DNA from: a virus
Taxonomy: Duplodnaviria > Heunggongvirae > Uroviricota > Caudoviricetes
IMG/VR virus record: IMGVR_UViG_2522572021_000012
Length of the DNA stretch: 45,413 bases
Direction: 5' to 3' (one strand)
Below are positions 8,778 through 18,715 of the stretch, piece by piece; within the stretch, counting starts at the first letter, position 1, and each line of letters begins with the position of its first letter. Both the position numbers and the translations under genes were made by a program. Under the pieces are notes generated by a model, which saw only the letters and a list, made by a program, of their open reading frames with translations, was not told the origin of the DNA and searched no databases.

Positions 8778-10786
8778 TAACCCACCCTCACCTGATTACT
8801 TCGCATGACCTGAGCATTTGCAGACTGTTGCCGACGTGCAACCTCATTACCGACAGCGTGCGGATCTCCGCCACCGTAAATGTGGTAAGTATTTTGCTGG
8901 TTAACCTCTGTCATTTTGCCACTAATTCCCGCCACGGCAGCCTTATTAATCAGCTCTCGAGAATAGATATTTCTTCCATTCTCATGCTGGATAATGCTGC
9001 TCATCAATGCTGACATGGTTTGCGGATCGCTCATATTCAGGGCAGCCCGGGGATCCACTCCCAGTCGTTGCGATACAGCCCTGATATACGCAGTTGTGTT
9101 GTTATTATCAGACGCAGGTGCCCAGGTAGAGATAATTTTCTCCACACTGTTTATTCCCCGTCCGGCGTACAGCATTAACTGACGAGCAAGAGCCCGTAAT
9201 CCATCAAAAGCAGTTTCAAATCTGGCAAATCGCCCGCCCGGGCGTTCAAGAGAAGCCCCTGCCTGACCAGCAAAATTAAGGTTTCCCGGATTGTTATTCC
9301 GTTCTCCTCGTTTCGTAGCCTGTGCATATTGTTCCGGCTCATCATCACCAAACCAGCCGCGTACCGTCCGGCCCACACTGCGGGGATCGAATCCCCAGTG
9401 CTCTTTAATCCAGTCGGCAGTACTGTTAGCGCTGTCTGTAACCATCGGCATCGCTGACGGATTTTCGCTGCCCTGATTAAGTATCTGTTTGCCGATGATG
9501 ACGGCATCAGCCCAGCGGCCATCTTTGATAGCGTTGAGCAGGTCGGCGATCATGTTCAGCATTTTGCTGAATTCGCCCATCTGGTCGATGAAGTTGCTGA
9601 AATCCCACTTCAGGGACCATGATTTGGGGTCAATATTGAGCAGTTTCGCCAGCGCTTTCGCCAGTTCATTAACAGACCCTTTCAGGTCACGAACCATCTT
9701 CAGCGCGGCATCGACCTCCGGCTTCCACTTGCCCCAGTCAATCAGGCTGTCGCCGCCTTCCTTCCAGGTCTGATAGTCCTCCCACAGAAGGGCAATCCCC
9801 GCCGCCAGCGCGGTAATGAGGCCAATCGGCGACATCCAGAACGTACTGTTCAGAATGCGCAGCGCAATCGTCAGCGCGCCAAACAGCGAGATGAGCTCCC
9901 GCGTTTGCTTATCCAGCGATTGCCACCAGGTGATAAGGCTGGATGTTCCCTCAATTAGCCTGAAGAACAGCCGCCCGATGATGTCTCCGATCGCCAGAAT
10001 GCCTTTTATGGCTTTCGTCAGGGTCTGCTCGATGCGCGGGAAGTTATCGAGGATGTGGCGGCGCAGTGTGTCCAGCGAACCCGCCAGACCACCAGCAAGA
10101 TTAGAGCCGATTTTGTCACGGGCCATGCCTGCCATCGCGCCGAACTCGCGCAGGGAGGTCATGAATTTGTTGGAGCTTCTGGCCGCCTCGTCAGCATTGA
10201 AGCCGATAGCTTTCGCCATTGCGCTGTACTGCCCGGAGAAATCACCCACACCCCGGCGCATCGCCATAAGGGTATTTTCGTCAATGCCTAGCATCTGCGC
10301 ATACTGGTTAGCCCGGTAATACGGCATGCCGCTGAGCTTCTGGCCTACACCTGTAAAAATAGCGGCCATGTCACGCATGTTACCGCTGGCATCCCGTGTC
10401 TGTACCCCCAGGCGATTCAGGAAGCCTTCCGCGCCGGGATTGTTACGAACAAACCGGGAGAGGCTTTCCAGAGAGGTTCGCGCCGCGTCCACGCTGCCGC
10501 CAACCTGCGAAACCGCATAGCCAATAGACTGAATTCCCTGGACTGTCGCGCCGGTGCGCTGTGACGCCCGGTAAAGATTATCCAGGCCGGAGGCGATCTT
10601 AGCCGTGAAGGCCACCACGGACAGCGCAGCTCCTTCAACGGCCAGTCCCATTTTGATGACATTTGCAGTTGTACCGGCGAGGACAGAACCGAACTTTTTC
10701 GCTCCTGCATCATCCACGCTGAAGCCAAGCGAGACGAGGAAATCTTTAATAGTTTCAGCGTTCATTATCCTCTCTCCATTTCTCAA
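8777..10786 (-). CDS. tail tape measure protein
   Basis: 669-aa Ala/Gly-rich ORF downstream of the chaperone; the chaperone frameshift extension ends at its start; alternative start MNAETIKD at 10765. Confidence 0.75.
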   Translation of the reverse strand: MRNGERIMNAETIKDFLVSLGFSVDDAGAKKFGSVLAGTTANVIKMGLAVEGAALSVVAFTAKIASGLDNLYRASQRTGATVQGIQSIGYAVSQVGGSVDAARTSLESLSRFVRNNPGAEGFLNRLGVQTRDASGNMRDMAAIFTGVGQKLSGMPYYRANQYAQMLGIDENTLMAMRRGVGDFSGQYSAMAKAIGFNADEAARSSNKFMTSLREFGAMAGMARDKIGSNLAGGLAGSLDTLRRHILDNFPRIEQTLTKAIKGILAIGDIIGRLFFRLIEGTSSLITWWQSLDKQTRELISLFGALTIALRILNSTFWMSPIGLITALAAGIALLWEDYQTWKEGGDSLIDWGKWKPEVDAALKMVRDLKGSVNELAKALAKLLNIDPKSWSLKWDFSNFIDQMGEFSKMLNMIADLLNAIKDGRWADAVIIGKQILNQGSENPSAMPMVTDSANSTADWIKEHWGFDPRSVGRTVRGWFGDDEPEQYAQATKRGERNNNPGNLNFAGQAGASLERPGGRFARFETAFDGLRALARQLMLYAGRGINSVEKIISTWAPASDNNNTTAYIRAVSQRLGVDPRAALNMSDPQTMSALMSSIIQHENGRNIYSRELINKAAVAGISGKMTEVNQQNTYHIYGGGDPHAVGNEVARRQQSANAQVMRSNQVRVG

Positions 10787-10994
10787 TGCGCCGCTGGTTA
10801 TCCGCTTTTACCGCCAGATGGTCATTCAAGAGAGCAATGTCGTACAAATCGACAGAGCCATCTTTAAGTGCTGTATAAGGAATTAACCCGGCGTCAACCG
10901 GATTGAGAAGGTAAGACAGCCCGTCCGGCAGGCTGTTAAACGTCAGCCCTGTTGCAGGCTCTGCGTCGTGCTGGTAAGGGGTGTAGGCAAAAAA
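10787..10994 (-). other. programmed -1 frameshift extension of the tail assembly chaperone (slippery heptamer TTTTTTG at 10988-10994)
   Basis: Zero-frame codons AAT TTT TTG lie 17 codons before the chaperone stop; the -1 frame stays open through the 10787-10942 gap and ends at a TGA overlapping the tape-measure start. Confidence 0.55.
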
Positions 10995-11395
10995 TTTCCC
11001 AGCGAATCGGCGACCACCCGCGCCACCAGATGCAGCATGACCAGCAAGTCAATATCATCAAACATCAGTTCGCCCTGGGTAAATACCGGAACCCATCCGT
11101 CCATATGACGCCGCGATACCACCGCAAGACAGGGATGAATAATCGCACTGGTGTCATCTTCGGTCAGGGAAGACAGTTCCTCAGCGATACGCGGGAGCAT
11201 GGTTTCAAACACCGGTTTTAACTGCTCGAATTTCACGGTGTCGATTTTGCCATCAGCAGGCAAACGGGAGCGAATGCTCCCGAAATCTGACATCATTCCT
11301 GCCAGCACCGGCAGAAGTTTGCGGGTCACTTTCAGCTGATCAAAAACGCTGAGTTTTGCCGCGCGATATTTCACGCCTTTGATTTCGAATTCCAT
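10943..11395 (-). CDS. tail assembly chaperone
   Basis: 150-aa ORF between tube and tape measure genes with a slippery site near its 3' end. Confidence 0.6.
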   Translation of the reverse strand: MEFEIKGVKYRAAKLSVFDQLKVTRKLLPVLAGMMSDFGSIRSRLPADGKIDTVKFEQLKPVFETMLPRIAEELSSLTEDDTSAIIHPCLAVVSRRHMDGWVPVFTQGELMFDDIDLLVMLHLVARVVADSLGNFLPTPLTSTTQSLQQG

Positions 11396-11398
11396 GTA

Positions 11399-11839
11399 TT
11401 AAAACTCCCCGAGAACCTGGTCAATCTTGCCGCAGTCAAACACCCACGGCATCGTATTACCGGTTTTAGCGTTGGCATTATCCGGTTGTTTCTGGAACGC
11501 AACACTGCGTGCCGTGATGATGTCGCCGCTGACCTTGTTTCGGATCACAATAACGTTATTCCCCCATGTGGCAGAAGACTGGCTCTGTGCGTTATACGCC
11601 AGCGACAATTTTTTATTTGTCGGTGATGTCTTCAGAAGGTTAACGGTAATCGTCCCGCTTTTATCTGCATGGAGACTGTGCATCACTTCGCCATCAGAAC
11701 CGATGGTCATGGTGTTTTTAGGGCCGCCCATCGCAACCACAATCCCCTCTTCAGAACTTGCAGAACCGTACCCGAGGTCAATCGAACCGGTCGGCCCGGT
11801 CAGCGTCGCAGTGACATCCATAAAAGAATAGGTAGACAT
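11399..11839 (-). CDS. tail tube protein
   Basis: 146-aa ORF immediately downstream of the sheath gene; synteny and size. Confidence 0.7.
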   Translation of the reverse strand: MSTYSFMDVTATLTGPTGSIDLGYGSASSEEGIVVAMGGPKNTMTIGSDGEVMHSLHADKSGTITVNLLKTSPTNKKLSLAYNAQSQSSATWGNNVIVIRNKVSGDIITARSVAFQKQPDNANAKTGNTMPWVFDCGKIDQVLGEF

Positions 11840-11849
11840 TCACTTCCCC

Positions 11850-12995
11850 TTAGCGAACAACGTTAATCTGTACGTCAGCGTAATGAACCGCGCCTGCAAG
11901 TTTTATTGCAGCCTGAATCACCGGAGCCTTACGGGCTTCACGTTCTGATTGTGCCTGTTCATCCAGCGGCTGGGCGTATACGTAATAACCTTTGGGCAGC
12001 GTGTCACCTGATGACAACTGGCCAAGGTCGCCCCCGTTCCATACGCCCGGAGCAATCAGTCCATTCTGAACGGCCTGATCCAGTGATTTTTCAACATTTG
12101 ATAACAGTCGGGTAATACCGGCTTCAGTCTGGGGAACTTTCGTGGTGCTGGTATAAAGCAGGTTATAGAGGTTGGTCTGCACATAATTCTGTAACCAGTC
12201 CAGGCCGTGGCGTTCATCAAAGAAATCGCCGTTAGCCATCACTCCCTGCTGGAGGATAGCTGTATCATTCTGGTAGTACACGAACACATTGCAGTTTTTT
12301 GCATCAAGTGCCGATGCCTGGCTGACTGTCAGTGTTTCATACCCGACACCCGGCTCCTGCTTAAACTTGAGCGTAATCGCGGTATTACTGCCATTGAAAT
12401 TAACCGTGAATGCCCGGCCAAATGCAGATAACGCAGCGTATTTATTACCCGATGAATATTGAATAAAACTGCGTGAATATCCGGCGGTTTTCAGTTTTGA
12501 TGCCAAATCATCGCTGGATGCAGTCTGCAGGCATTTCTCATCGCTTGTCGTAATCGCCAGAATACGGCTTACAGAAGAGGATTCGATCGCCGCAGCCACT
12601 TTCAGCCAGTCTGCATCCGGAATATCTGCATCGTCTGCAATCCCCAGCCCATACCATGAAGTATAATCAAGCATGGCATTCACAGCCTGCTCCAGCGTCT
12701 CAGGCGTGGCCTGTTCGCTGTCTCCCTTCGTTTTCACCCAACGACCAACAAAAACCTCCTGAGGTTTCGGTGATTGTGAGAAAAACACCTGCGCAGCTTT
12801 ATATTCTGGTGATTCCACGCCAAAATCTTTTCCAATATCTTCCGCGGCAGAATAACGGCGAATGCGCTCACTTACCGGAATGATTGTGGACGGGCCGAGA
12901 ATGAGTAATGCACCAAAATTTCGCCCTGATGCTGCACGCGGCGACATGATCACATCAACATTAACAACGTTTGATACAGGCAAGCCCTGTGCCAT
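11850..12995 (-). CDS. tail sheath protein
   Basis: 381-aa ORF at the head of the tail operon, followed by tube, chaperone and tape measure genes. Confidence 0.7.
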   Translation of the reverse strand: MAQGLPVSNVVNVDVIMSPRAASGRNFGALLILGPSTIIPVSERIRRYSAAEDIGKDFGVESPEYKAAQVFFSQSPKPQEVFVGRWVKTKGDSEQATPETLEQAVNAMLDYTSWYGLGIADDADIPDADWLKVAAAIESSSVSRILAITTSDEKCLQTASSDDLASKLKTAGYSRSFIQYSSGNKYAALSAFGRAFTVNFNGSNTAITLKFKQEPGVGYETLTVSQASALDAKNCNVFVYYQNDTAILQQGVMANGDFFDERHGLDWLQNYVQTNLYNLLYTSTTKVPQTEAGITRLLSNVEKSLDQAVQNGLIAPGVWNGGDLGQLSSGDTLPKGYYVYAQPLDEQAQSEREARKAPVIQAAIKLAGAVHYADVQINVVR

Positions 12996-12998
12996 AGC

Positions 12999-13565
12999 TT
13001 AATCTCCGAAAAAGATGACTGGTGCTTCCACCAGCGATTTAATACCGTACTCGCGCACAACCTTCCGGCGCAGACGCACCGTCATATCGTAGCGGCGGAC
13101 CCATTGCTGATTAATAAGTTCAGGGAAGGGAGTCAGACCTGTGTAATCGCCAAGAGACAGCCCCAGCGCATTCAGTGCTGCATTGTTCTGCGGTACAGAT
13201 ATACCGTCACGAAACCGGGACGCATACACCATCCCCGCCGGACCATAAAACGAAGCCATACACTCAATCGTTTCATGCCGCCAGAGCTGAGAGCCATCAT
13301 CGGTCTGTCTGGTGAATGCCGGACTGTCATCACCTGACCATCCGATAACCCCAAACGCACACCAGTTCGTTTCAACCGGTAGCAGTGGCGGCTGCTCTTT
13401 CTGCCAGCGCGGACGAACCACCCCGGCAGACAGACCGGAAACGTTACGCATCCACTGGCTTAACAGCCTGTCGAGCGCTTCGTCATAATCCGGATCGCCA
13501 CTGGTTGGTATTAACCATCCGCGCTCTGTGCTGGTGTTATTGCTCAACCGGAATTCCCCCATCAA
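12999..13565 (-). CDS. virion protein (neck / tail completion position), hypothetical
   Basis: 188-aa ORF between head-tail joining genes and sheath. Confidence 0.45.
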   Translation of the reverse strand: MMGEFRLSNNTSTERGWLIPTSGDPDYDEALDRLLSQWMRNVSGLSAGVVRPRWQKEQPPLLPVETNWCAFGVIGWSGDDSPAFTRQTDDGSQLWRHETIECMASFYGPAGMVYASRFRDGISVPQNNAALNALGLSLGDYTGLTPFPELINQQWVRRYDMTVRLRRKVVREYGIKSLVEAPVIFFGD

Positions 13566-13926
13566 ACGGCATCAACTCACAATGCGCCTGAACGAATCCG
13601 GCACCATACGCTGTATACGGGTCGACGAAAGTCACACGATAATCACGGCCCTGATACGTCACGATATCTGCATCACGGCCAGTCTGCCCCTGTGTCAGCC
13701 GCTCAGTTGTCACGATAAGAATCGCGCCACTGATAACTTGCCCGGACTGCATACGGCGGTTCTCCAGGGAGCGGTCAACGGTAACAACTCCGGCAAACTG
13801 CGTTTTAACTTCGCTGTCACTGCCGATCCCGTCATCGTCCACCGTTTGCACGCGACGCGTTACCCACAGGTTGAAGTCGCAAAAATCGGGGTCAAAAAGC
13901 ACGTCTGTTACATCAAGAGTCGGCAT
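13537..13926 (-). CDS. head-tail joining protein, hypothetical
   Basis: 129-aa ORF in the connector region; synteny. Confidence 0.45.
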   Translation of the reverse strand: MPTLDVTDVLFDPDFCDFNLWVTRRVQTVDDDGIGSDSEVKTQFAGVVTVDRSLENRRMQSGQVISGAILIVTTERLTQGQTGRDADIVTYQGRDYRVTFVDPYTAYGAGFVQAHCELMPFDGGIPVEQ

Positions 13927-14467
13927 CTTTATCCCTCACTACATGGGTAATAGCTCTGCGGTACTGTCCGGTGTCAATTAGCGGTTTCACCAGATCGGTT
14001 CCGGGTGACTCGCCAGCAGCGCGTCGGGCAAGCTCAGCTTTCGCCCCTTTGCGCCCTCGACGTGCGCGGGCTTCAACAGTGCTGTCAGCAAGCGGCGTAA
14101 AGCCGGTAATAGTCATGTAACGCCTGACGCCATTAGCGGCCAGCGTTCCGGCGCGGTTGAGTGCTCTTTCCGCCCCCGCCGCATTTCCATCAAGCGCAGC
14201 CTGCGCCGCTGTTTTGAGCTGCGGCAACGTCTGTTCTTCTACCGATTTAACGCCGGGGACCAGGTGAGGTCGTGGCGGGATGTTCTGCTCTGGTGAGCCG
14301 TATTCGTTGAGGTAACCGATGCCCGCATTACCAAACGGAACATCATCCCGCCCGCTGTCTTCCGAAGGGATGCCGACCAGCACATCTTTTTTGGTTAACG
14401 ACCTGAGCGCATCCAGAATGGCCTTAGCGTTATCCACCCTCGTTGTTACACCGCTTTTGAAACTCAT
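13913..14467 (-). CDS. head-tail connector-type protein, hypothetical
   Basis: 184-aa ORF; synteny. Confidence 0.45.
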   Translation of the reverse strand: MSFKSGVTTRVDNAKAILDALRSLTKKDVLVGIPSEDSGRDDVPFGNAGIGYLNEYGSPEQNIPPRPHLVPGVKSVEEQTLPQLKTAAQAALDGNAAGAERALNRAGTLAANGVRRYMTITGFTPLADSTVEARARRGRKGAKAELARRAAGESPGTDLVKPLIDTGQYRRAITHVVRDKDADS

Positions 14468-14871
14468 AGCTGGCGACCGCCTGCACCGAACATCGTGATC
14501 AACTGATAAAATTCAGCGCCATATCGGGTGTTATTCCAGAAACCTGCATCAGGATTCAGCGTCGCGCTGGTGTCATAGCTGACGCTTACCTTATCCACGG
14601 ACTTTGAGGACTGAACACCATTGGTTGAACCGCCCGGACCACCAGCCAGCATCGCTCTGCTGTCTGCCGCCCAGAGCGTCATGTAGTGCGCAACGAACAA
14701 TCCGGCAAAGTACGGAAACAACTTTTTGCCGGTGACGTTTTCACTCAGCAGTTCATCGGCCAGATTCAGACGGAACCCGATTTGGGCGTCGGGATATTTT
14801 GCCGGGTCAGCAAACTGCGGGAAGTCGCGGCGAAAATCACTTACCGCTGGCAGACTTTGATTCTTTGGCAT
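14464..14871 (-). CDS. head-tail adaptor-type protein, hypothetical
   Basis: ORF 14464-14955; start moved to MPKNQSL (14871) to reduce overlap with the upstream gene; 14883 is an alternative. Confidence 0.45.
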   Translation of the reverse strand: MPKNQSLPAVSDFRRDFPQFADPAKYPDAQIGFRLNLADELLSENVTGKKLFPYFAGLFVAHYMTLWAADSRAMLAGGPGGSTNGVQSSKSVDKVSVSYDTSATLNPDAGFWNNTRYGAEFYQLITMFGAGGRQL

Positions 14872-15205
14872 CTTTAGCCCCATTACCGCCAGTCCGGGCG
14901 GCAGTAATCTGCGCCTGCAGGCTGTCGTTCTGCTCCTGCAGTTTGAGCAATGCATCTTTCAGATCGGCAATCAGCTTATCTTTGTCGGCAATCTGCGCTT
15001 GCAGGCCGTCGATAATGGGTTGCAGATCATCGGTGTCGCTAATCACGCTTTCGGAAAGCTCAGAGTGCGCCTGGGTGAACCAGTGCGACGCGACCTCTTC
15101 CGGTACGTTATGCCGTCCCCGGCCAAACTCCTGTTTTGACTGATCGCCGAGCGTCAGCGTAAACGGGGTGTGAACATGGATGGTAACCAGCTTTTCTTTC
15201 GCCAT
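14837..15205 (-). CDS. coiled-coil protein downstream of the capsid gene, hypothetical
   Basis: ORF 14837-15436; start placed at MAKEKLV (15205) with AGGAAA RBS; C-terminal heptad-like region. Confidence 0.45.
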   Translation of the reverse strand: MAKEKLVTIHVHTPFTLTLGDQSKQEFGRGRHNVPEEVASHWFTQAHSELSESVISDTDDLQPIIDGLQAQIADKDKLIADLKDALLKLQEQNDSLQAQITAARTGGNGAKDAKESKSASGK

Positions 15206-15245
15206 TTCAGTTTCCTTCAGGCCCCTTTCGGGGCCATTCTGGTTA

Positions 15246-16187
15246 TCAGATACCGTCCACATAGGACAGAGTTTCTTTATACACTGGCTCGACTGCACCC
15301 AGCTTGCCGTAGTAAGTGACGATCTGATACAGACCGCGATACTGCACCGGCACGCTCTGAAGCGGAACCAGCGGGTAGCGGACGTATTTTTTATCGTTGG
15401 TGTACGCAACCATGCGATCCTTATTCCCCACACCACGGCCTTTCAGCCATTTAACCGCGCGGATATTCAGCGGAACACCGTTCTGGTGATAGCTGATGGT
15501 GTTGGTCTGAAGGTACGTCAACAGGGACTGGTTACCCGCAGATGAAACGATGATGCTGGACAACAGAGCAAACTGCTCAGGCGGGATCAGCAAATCACGC
15601 GGAACCACAGAGTAACCGGAAGCGGCCCACGCATCAGACAGCACCTGGTTAATGCTTGCGCGGATTTCGTCCGGTGTTGAGGTTGCCCACGTTTTGGCAG
15701 CGTTGTTGACAGGCACGCCGTCCAGGGTAACAAGGCCTTTCAGGTTTAATGCGGAATCGCCAACATACACCTGCTCGTCGTTGTCCATCTGCCATTTGAG
15801 CTGCATCCCGTCATACTTCTGCGTATCGATCGGGCGTCCGACCTGCTGAGCAGCCTGCAATTCTATGACCGTCCAGCCAAGCTCCATCCCCCACAGGTTC
15901 AGCGGGTTACCGGATTTGCCGATATCCACGTTTACGCCAGCAATAGCGGTTGAGTCTTTGCCTACCCAGTTTTTGCCATTCGGATTTGCGCCAGTACCCG
16001 CAGCGGCGAAGCTGGTATTCGTCCAGCTGGAAATGTCATCTGCGATGGAGACATCTTCACGCAGTTGGATATCGCGGGTCCAGGTGTACCCCACCAGTGG
16101 CAGGTTCAGCGTCTGGTCGAGTCGTTCCAGCTCCCCGATGAGAAAGGCACCAGAGCTGTCAACGGTTGCCTGATCAAAAGTAATCAT
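15246..16187 (-). CDS. major capsid protein
   Basis: 313-aa ORF downstream of the protease/scaffold and small head protein genes; size and position as in Mu-like head modules. Confidence 0.75.
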   Translation of the reverse strand: MITFDQATVDSSGAFLIGELERLDQTLNLPLVGYTWTRDIQLREDVSIADDISSWTNTSFAAAGTGANPNGKNWVGKDSTAIAGVNVDIGKSGNPLNLWGMELGWTVIELQAAQQVGRPIDTQKYDGMQLKWQMDNDEQVYVGDSALNLKGLVTLDGVPVNNAAKTWATSTPDEIRASINQVLSDAWAASGYSVVPRDLLIPPEQFALLSSIIVSSAGNQSLLTYLQTNTISYHQNGVPLNIRAVKWLKGRGVGNKDRMVAYTNDKKYVRYPLVPLQSVPVQYRGLYQIVTYYGKLGAVEPVYKETLSYVDGI

Positions 16188-16198
16188 TCGTCTGTTCC

Positions 16199-16702
16199 TT
16201 AAATCTTCCAGGAAATTTCTGCATTGCCGTTAGCATCACCGGCACCTGTGAATTCAGCATTGGTCAGCACCACGTTTTTGCCACTGACTGACGTGGCCAT
16301 GAATCCACCCAGCGGCACTTTGATGGATTCATCAGTGGAGACGACAACGTATACCGGGTCGCCTTTTTTGATGGTGCTGGCATCAAAATCAGAACCGAGA
16401 TTAACGGTCACGTAGCCACGCTTCATTGCGTCGCCCGGGAAGTTCTTGCCACTCCCCACCTGGCGAACCATGTCCGGCTGCGAAGTGGTCGGATAAGGGC
16501 GCACATAGATCCCCTTCACCTTGTCTGCGGTATCACCATCTGCCAGCGGCACGAAAAAACCGTCATCATCGTATTTACCAGCCAGCCCATAGGCAGCGAA
16601 GGCGTTATCGGATTTAAGGACCACCGGTTCGACGGTTAAGTCCTGCGGGCGAGAGATAGCCCCGGCAATGCCAACAGGCATCCGGTACAGATATGCAGTC
16701 AT
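16199..16702 (-). CDS. head protein (decoration/stabilisation position), hypothetical
   Basis: 167-aa ORF between the protease/scaffold and capsid genes. Confidence 0.5.
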   Translation of the reverse strand: MTAYLYRMPVGIAGAISRPQDLTVEPVVLKSDNAFAAYGLAGKYDDDGFFVPLADGDTADKVKGIYVRPYPTTSQPDMVRQVGSGKNFPGDAMKRGYVTVNLGSDFDASTIKKGDPVYVVVSTDESIKVPLGGFMATSVSGKNVVLTNAEFTGAGDANGNAEISWKI

Positions 16703-16706
16703 TGGA

Positions 16707-17927
16707 TTATCCTTTGCGGTTAGACCAGAATTCGGCGTTTTGTTTGTTCAGGGAAGCGATGCTGGTCATGCCCATGTTTGGGCGCTGTGCATCGCCGGTG
16801 GTGGCGCGGGTGTTTCGCCCTTTGGCAATCTCAGACACGGCATTAAACGCCATGTTGACCGATTGTTTCGGTAATTTGCGGATATCCGCATCACCGACGA
16901 TCTGGCGAACCAGCGTTTTATCTGCGGAAGCCAGAACCTCGCGTTTGAACGCGGTCGGTTTCATCTTACGGCTCAGATCGATACCCGGAACGATAACTTC
17001 GGCACGCCAGGCTGAGTCACCAGTAATCGTGGTTTCCTCTTCATCGTCCTCGCCGTCACCGGTCGGATTATCGTCAGGCTTATTGTCGTTATCGCCCGTC
17101 GCATTTCCTTCCAGCTTAGCCAGCAGGGCTTTCAGTAATGTTTTGAGGTCATCATCACTGTCGCCGGTTGGACCTCCACCCATCTCTGGTGCTTTGTCCG
17201 GTAGTGGTTGCTGCGGGGACAGGTTGATGTTGAGATTAACGCCCTGCGGCAAATCTCCCTCATCTCCTGTAACCGATGCGGGAGCCGACTCCACCAGTTC
17301 GTTCATGGTGTCGGCATCTCCTGTCTTGATGGCTGCACGCATGCGGTTCCACCAGTTTTTCTTTTGATTTGCCATTGTGTCTCTGTCTCCAATTGCACAA
17401 CGATTTCCGGCTCTGCCTTTGGGGACAAGAGCCACATGGTTTCCGGTAATATCGACCTGCTCGGCTTTACCTGGCTCGGTCTGCTCGTACTCCGCGTCAT
17501 AACCGCACGACACTTCACGCAGGCCATCTTCGATAAGCTGAATGGCGTTTTCGTCTTTGACGATAAGGTCAGCCAGCATCAAATCAGACTGCTCACCCGT
17601 CCCGCGCCGGACATTCTGGAGGTGCCCGACAGCAAGCTCTTTCCAGTTCTCGGGATTTACCAGCCGCACATTCCCGTTTTCATCTTCAGGATGCAGGATC
17701 GTGATGCTCATCCCTTCGAATGAGGCGAGCGTGGCCGGATGGAATACCTGCTCAGGAGAACGCGTTACGACTATCTCACCGAGCTTGTCGGGTTTGAGGT
17801 TTGGCAGATCGGCAGCGCCGTAGAGCTGCTTACCCGTTCGACCTATCGGCACGTCTTTGCACAGCAGCGAGCCGTCAGCCAGCTGATAGCGGGTTTCCCC
17901 CAGCCGGGTATTGAAAAAATATTTCAT
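16707..17927 (-). CDS. prohead protease/scaffold-like protein
   Basis: 406 aa with a long acidic Asp/Glu/Gly-rich segment (GDSDDDL, DNKPDDNPTGDGEDDEEE); position matches Mu gpI-type protease-scaffold. Confidence 0.5.
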   Translation of the reverse strand: MKYFFNTRLGETRYQLADGSLLCKDVPIGRTGKQLYGAADLPNLKPDKLGEIVVTRSPEQVFHPATLASFEGMSITILHPEDENGNVRLVNPENWKELAVGHLQNVRRGTGEQSDLMLADLIVKDENAIQLIEDGLREVSCGYDAEYEQTEPGKAEQVDITGNHVALVPKGRAGNRCAIGDRDTMANQKKNWWNRMRAAIKTGDADTMNELVESAPASVTGDEGDLPQGVNLNINLSPQQPLPDKAPEMGGGPTGDSDDDLKTLLKALLAKLEGNATGDNDNKPDDNPTGDGEDDEEETTITGDSAWRAEVIVPGIDLSRKMKPTAFKREVLASADKTLVRQIVGDADIRKLPKQSVNMAFNAVSEIAKGRNTRATTGDAQRPNMGMTSIASLNKQNAEFWSNRKG

Positions 17928-17941
17928 GGTTTACCTGCGAT

Positions 17942-18715
17942 TCAGGCGAGATAAGAATGAGGGTTGGGAAAAACGATTTCTTTATAACAGCGACAATTCG
18001 GGAGCTCGCCAGCGTGACCGGTCATGCCATCAAGCGTTGGAGGTTTGCCCCATTCGACAAACTTACCTTCCATCTCCCGATGAGAATGCCTGACGTCGCC
18101 ATCTTCGGCTGTACGCCAGATATAACCATTCGAGCCGATTGACAGCGCACGCGCCTGATCGAGCGCGCCGGTTGCGCGTCCAAGCTCGGTACGGGCGATA
18201 AGGTTCGCTCGTGAGCGTGACACGTCACCGGACGCAGCTATCTCTTTCGCGAATGGCTCAGCGCGGCCACCAGACACAACGGCCTCGATGGCCTTGTTCT
18301 GAATGTCATACACCCGATCGGCGGCCTCAAGAGGCAGTGACTTGATGTACTTAATCTGCTCGGCAACGATGGATTTCATCACCTGGCCTACCGGGGCGCG
18401 GTCAACCATGTTGCGCAGCTCTGCGCTGATGTTCCGGCTGTGCTGACGCCACTGCTTTTCATTCTGGCGCGCTATGTCTGCGGTAAAGTTCTCAGCAACC
18501 TTCGTCGCCCAGGGGGTGATGATTTCGCTGTAGCGCTCCAGCGCATCCATTATTTCGGTGACACTGTCATTTGAACCATCGTAGCGACCATTTACGATAT
18601 CCCCGACCGCCCGCGCTATCTGCCGTAGGCTCGTTCGATATCGGATCTCCGCCTGGCGACTCTGGCGGTTTGTCGCCAAGTTCGCCGATGCCTGGCGGCG
18701 CTTCGTCTTCGGCAT
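17942..18715 (-). CDS. head morphogenesis protein (SPP1 gp7 / Mu F-like)
   Basis: 257-aa ORF after the portal gene; first ATG overlaps the portal gene by ~150 nt, alternative start near 18550. Confidence 0.65.
   Translation of the reverse strand: MPKTKRRQASANLATNRQSRQAEIRYRTSLRQIARAVGDIVNGRYDGSNDSVTEIMDALERYSEIITPWATKVAENFTADIARQNEKQWRQHSRNISAELRNMVDRAPVGQVMKSIVAEQIKYIKSLPLEAADRVYDIQNKAIEAVVSGGRAEPFAKEIAASGDVSRSRANLIARTELGRATGALDQARALSIGSNGYIWRTAEDGDVRHSHREMEGKFVEWGKPPTLDGMTGHAGELPNCRCYKEIVFPNPHSYLA

Noticed and set aside
8777-9400. C-terminal region of the tape measure protein as a lytic or peptidoglycan-hydrolase domain
   Set aside because: No catalytic motif I could identify by eye; left as part of the tape measure protein.
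16693-17367. 224-aa plus-strand Ser/Pro-rich ORF
   Set aside because: Mirror image of the acidic linker of the minus-strand protease/scaffold gene; low-complexity antisense artefact.
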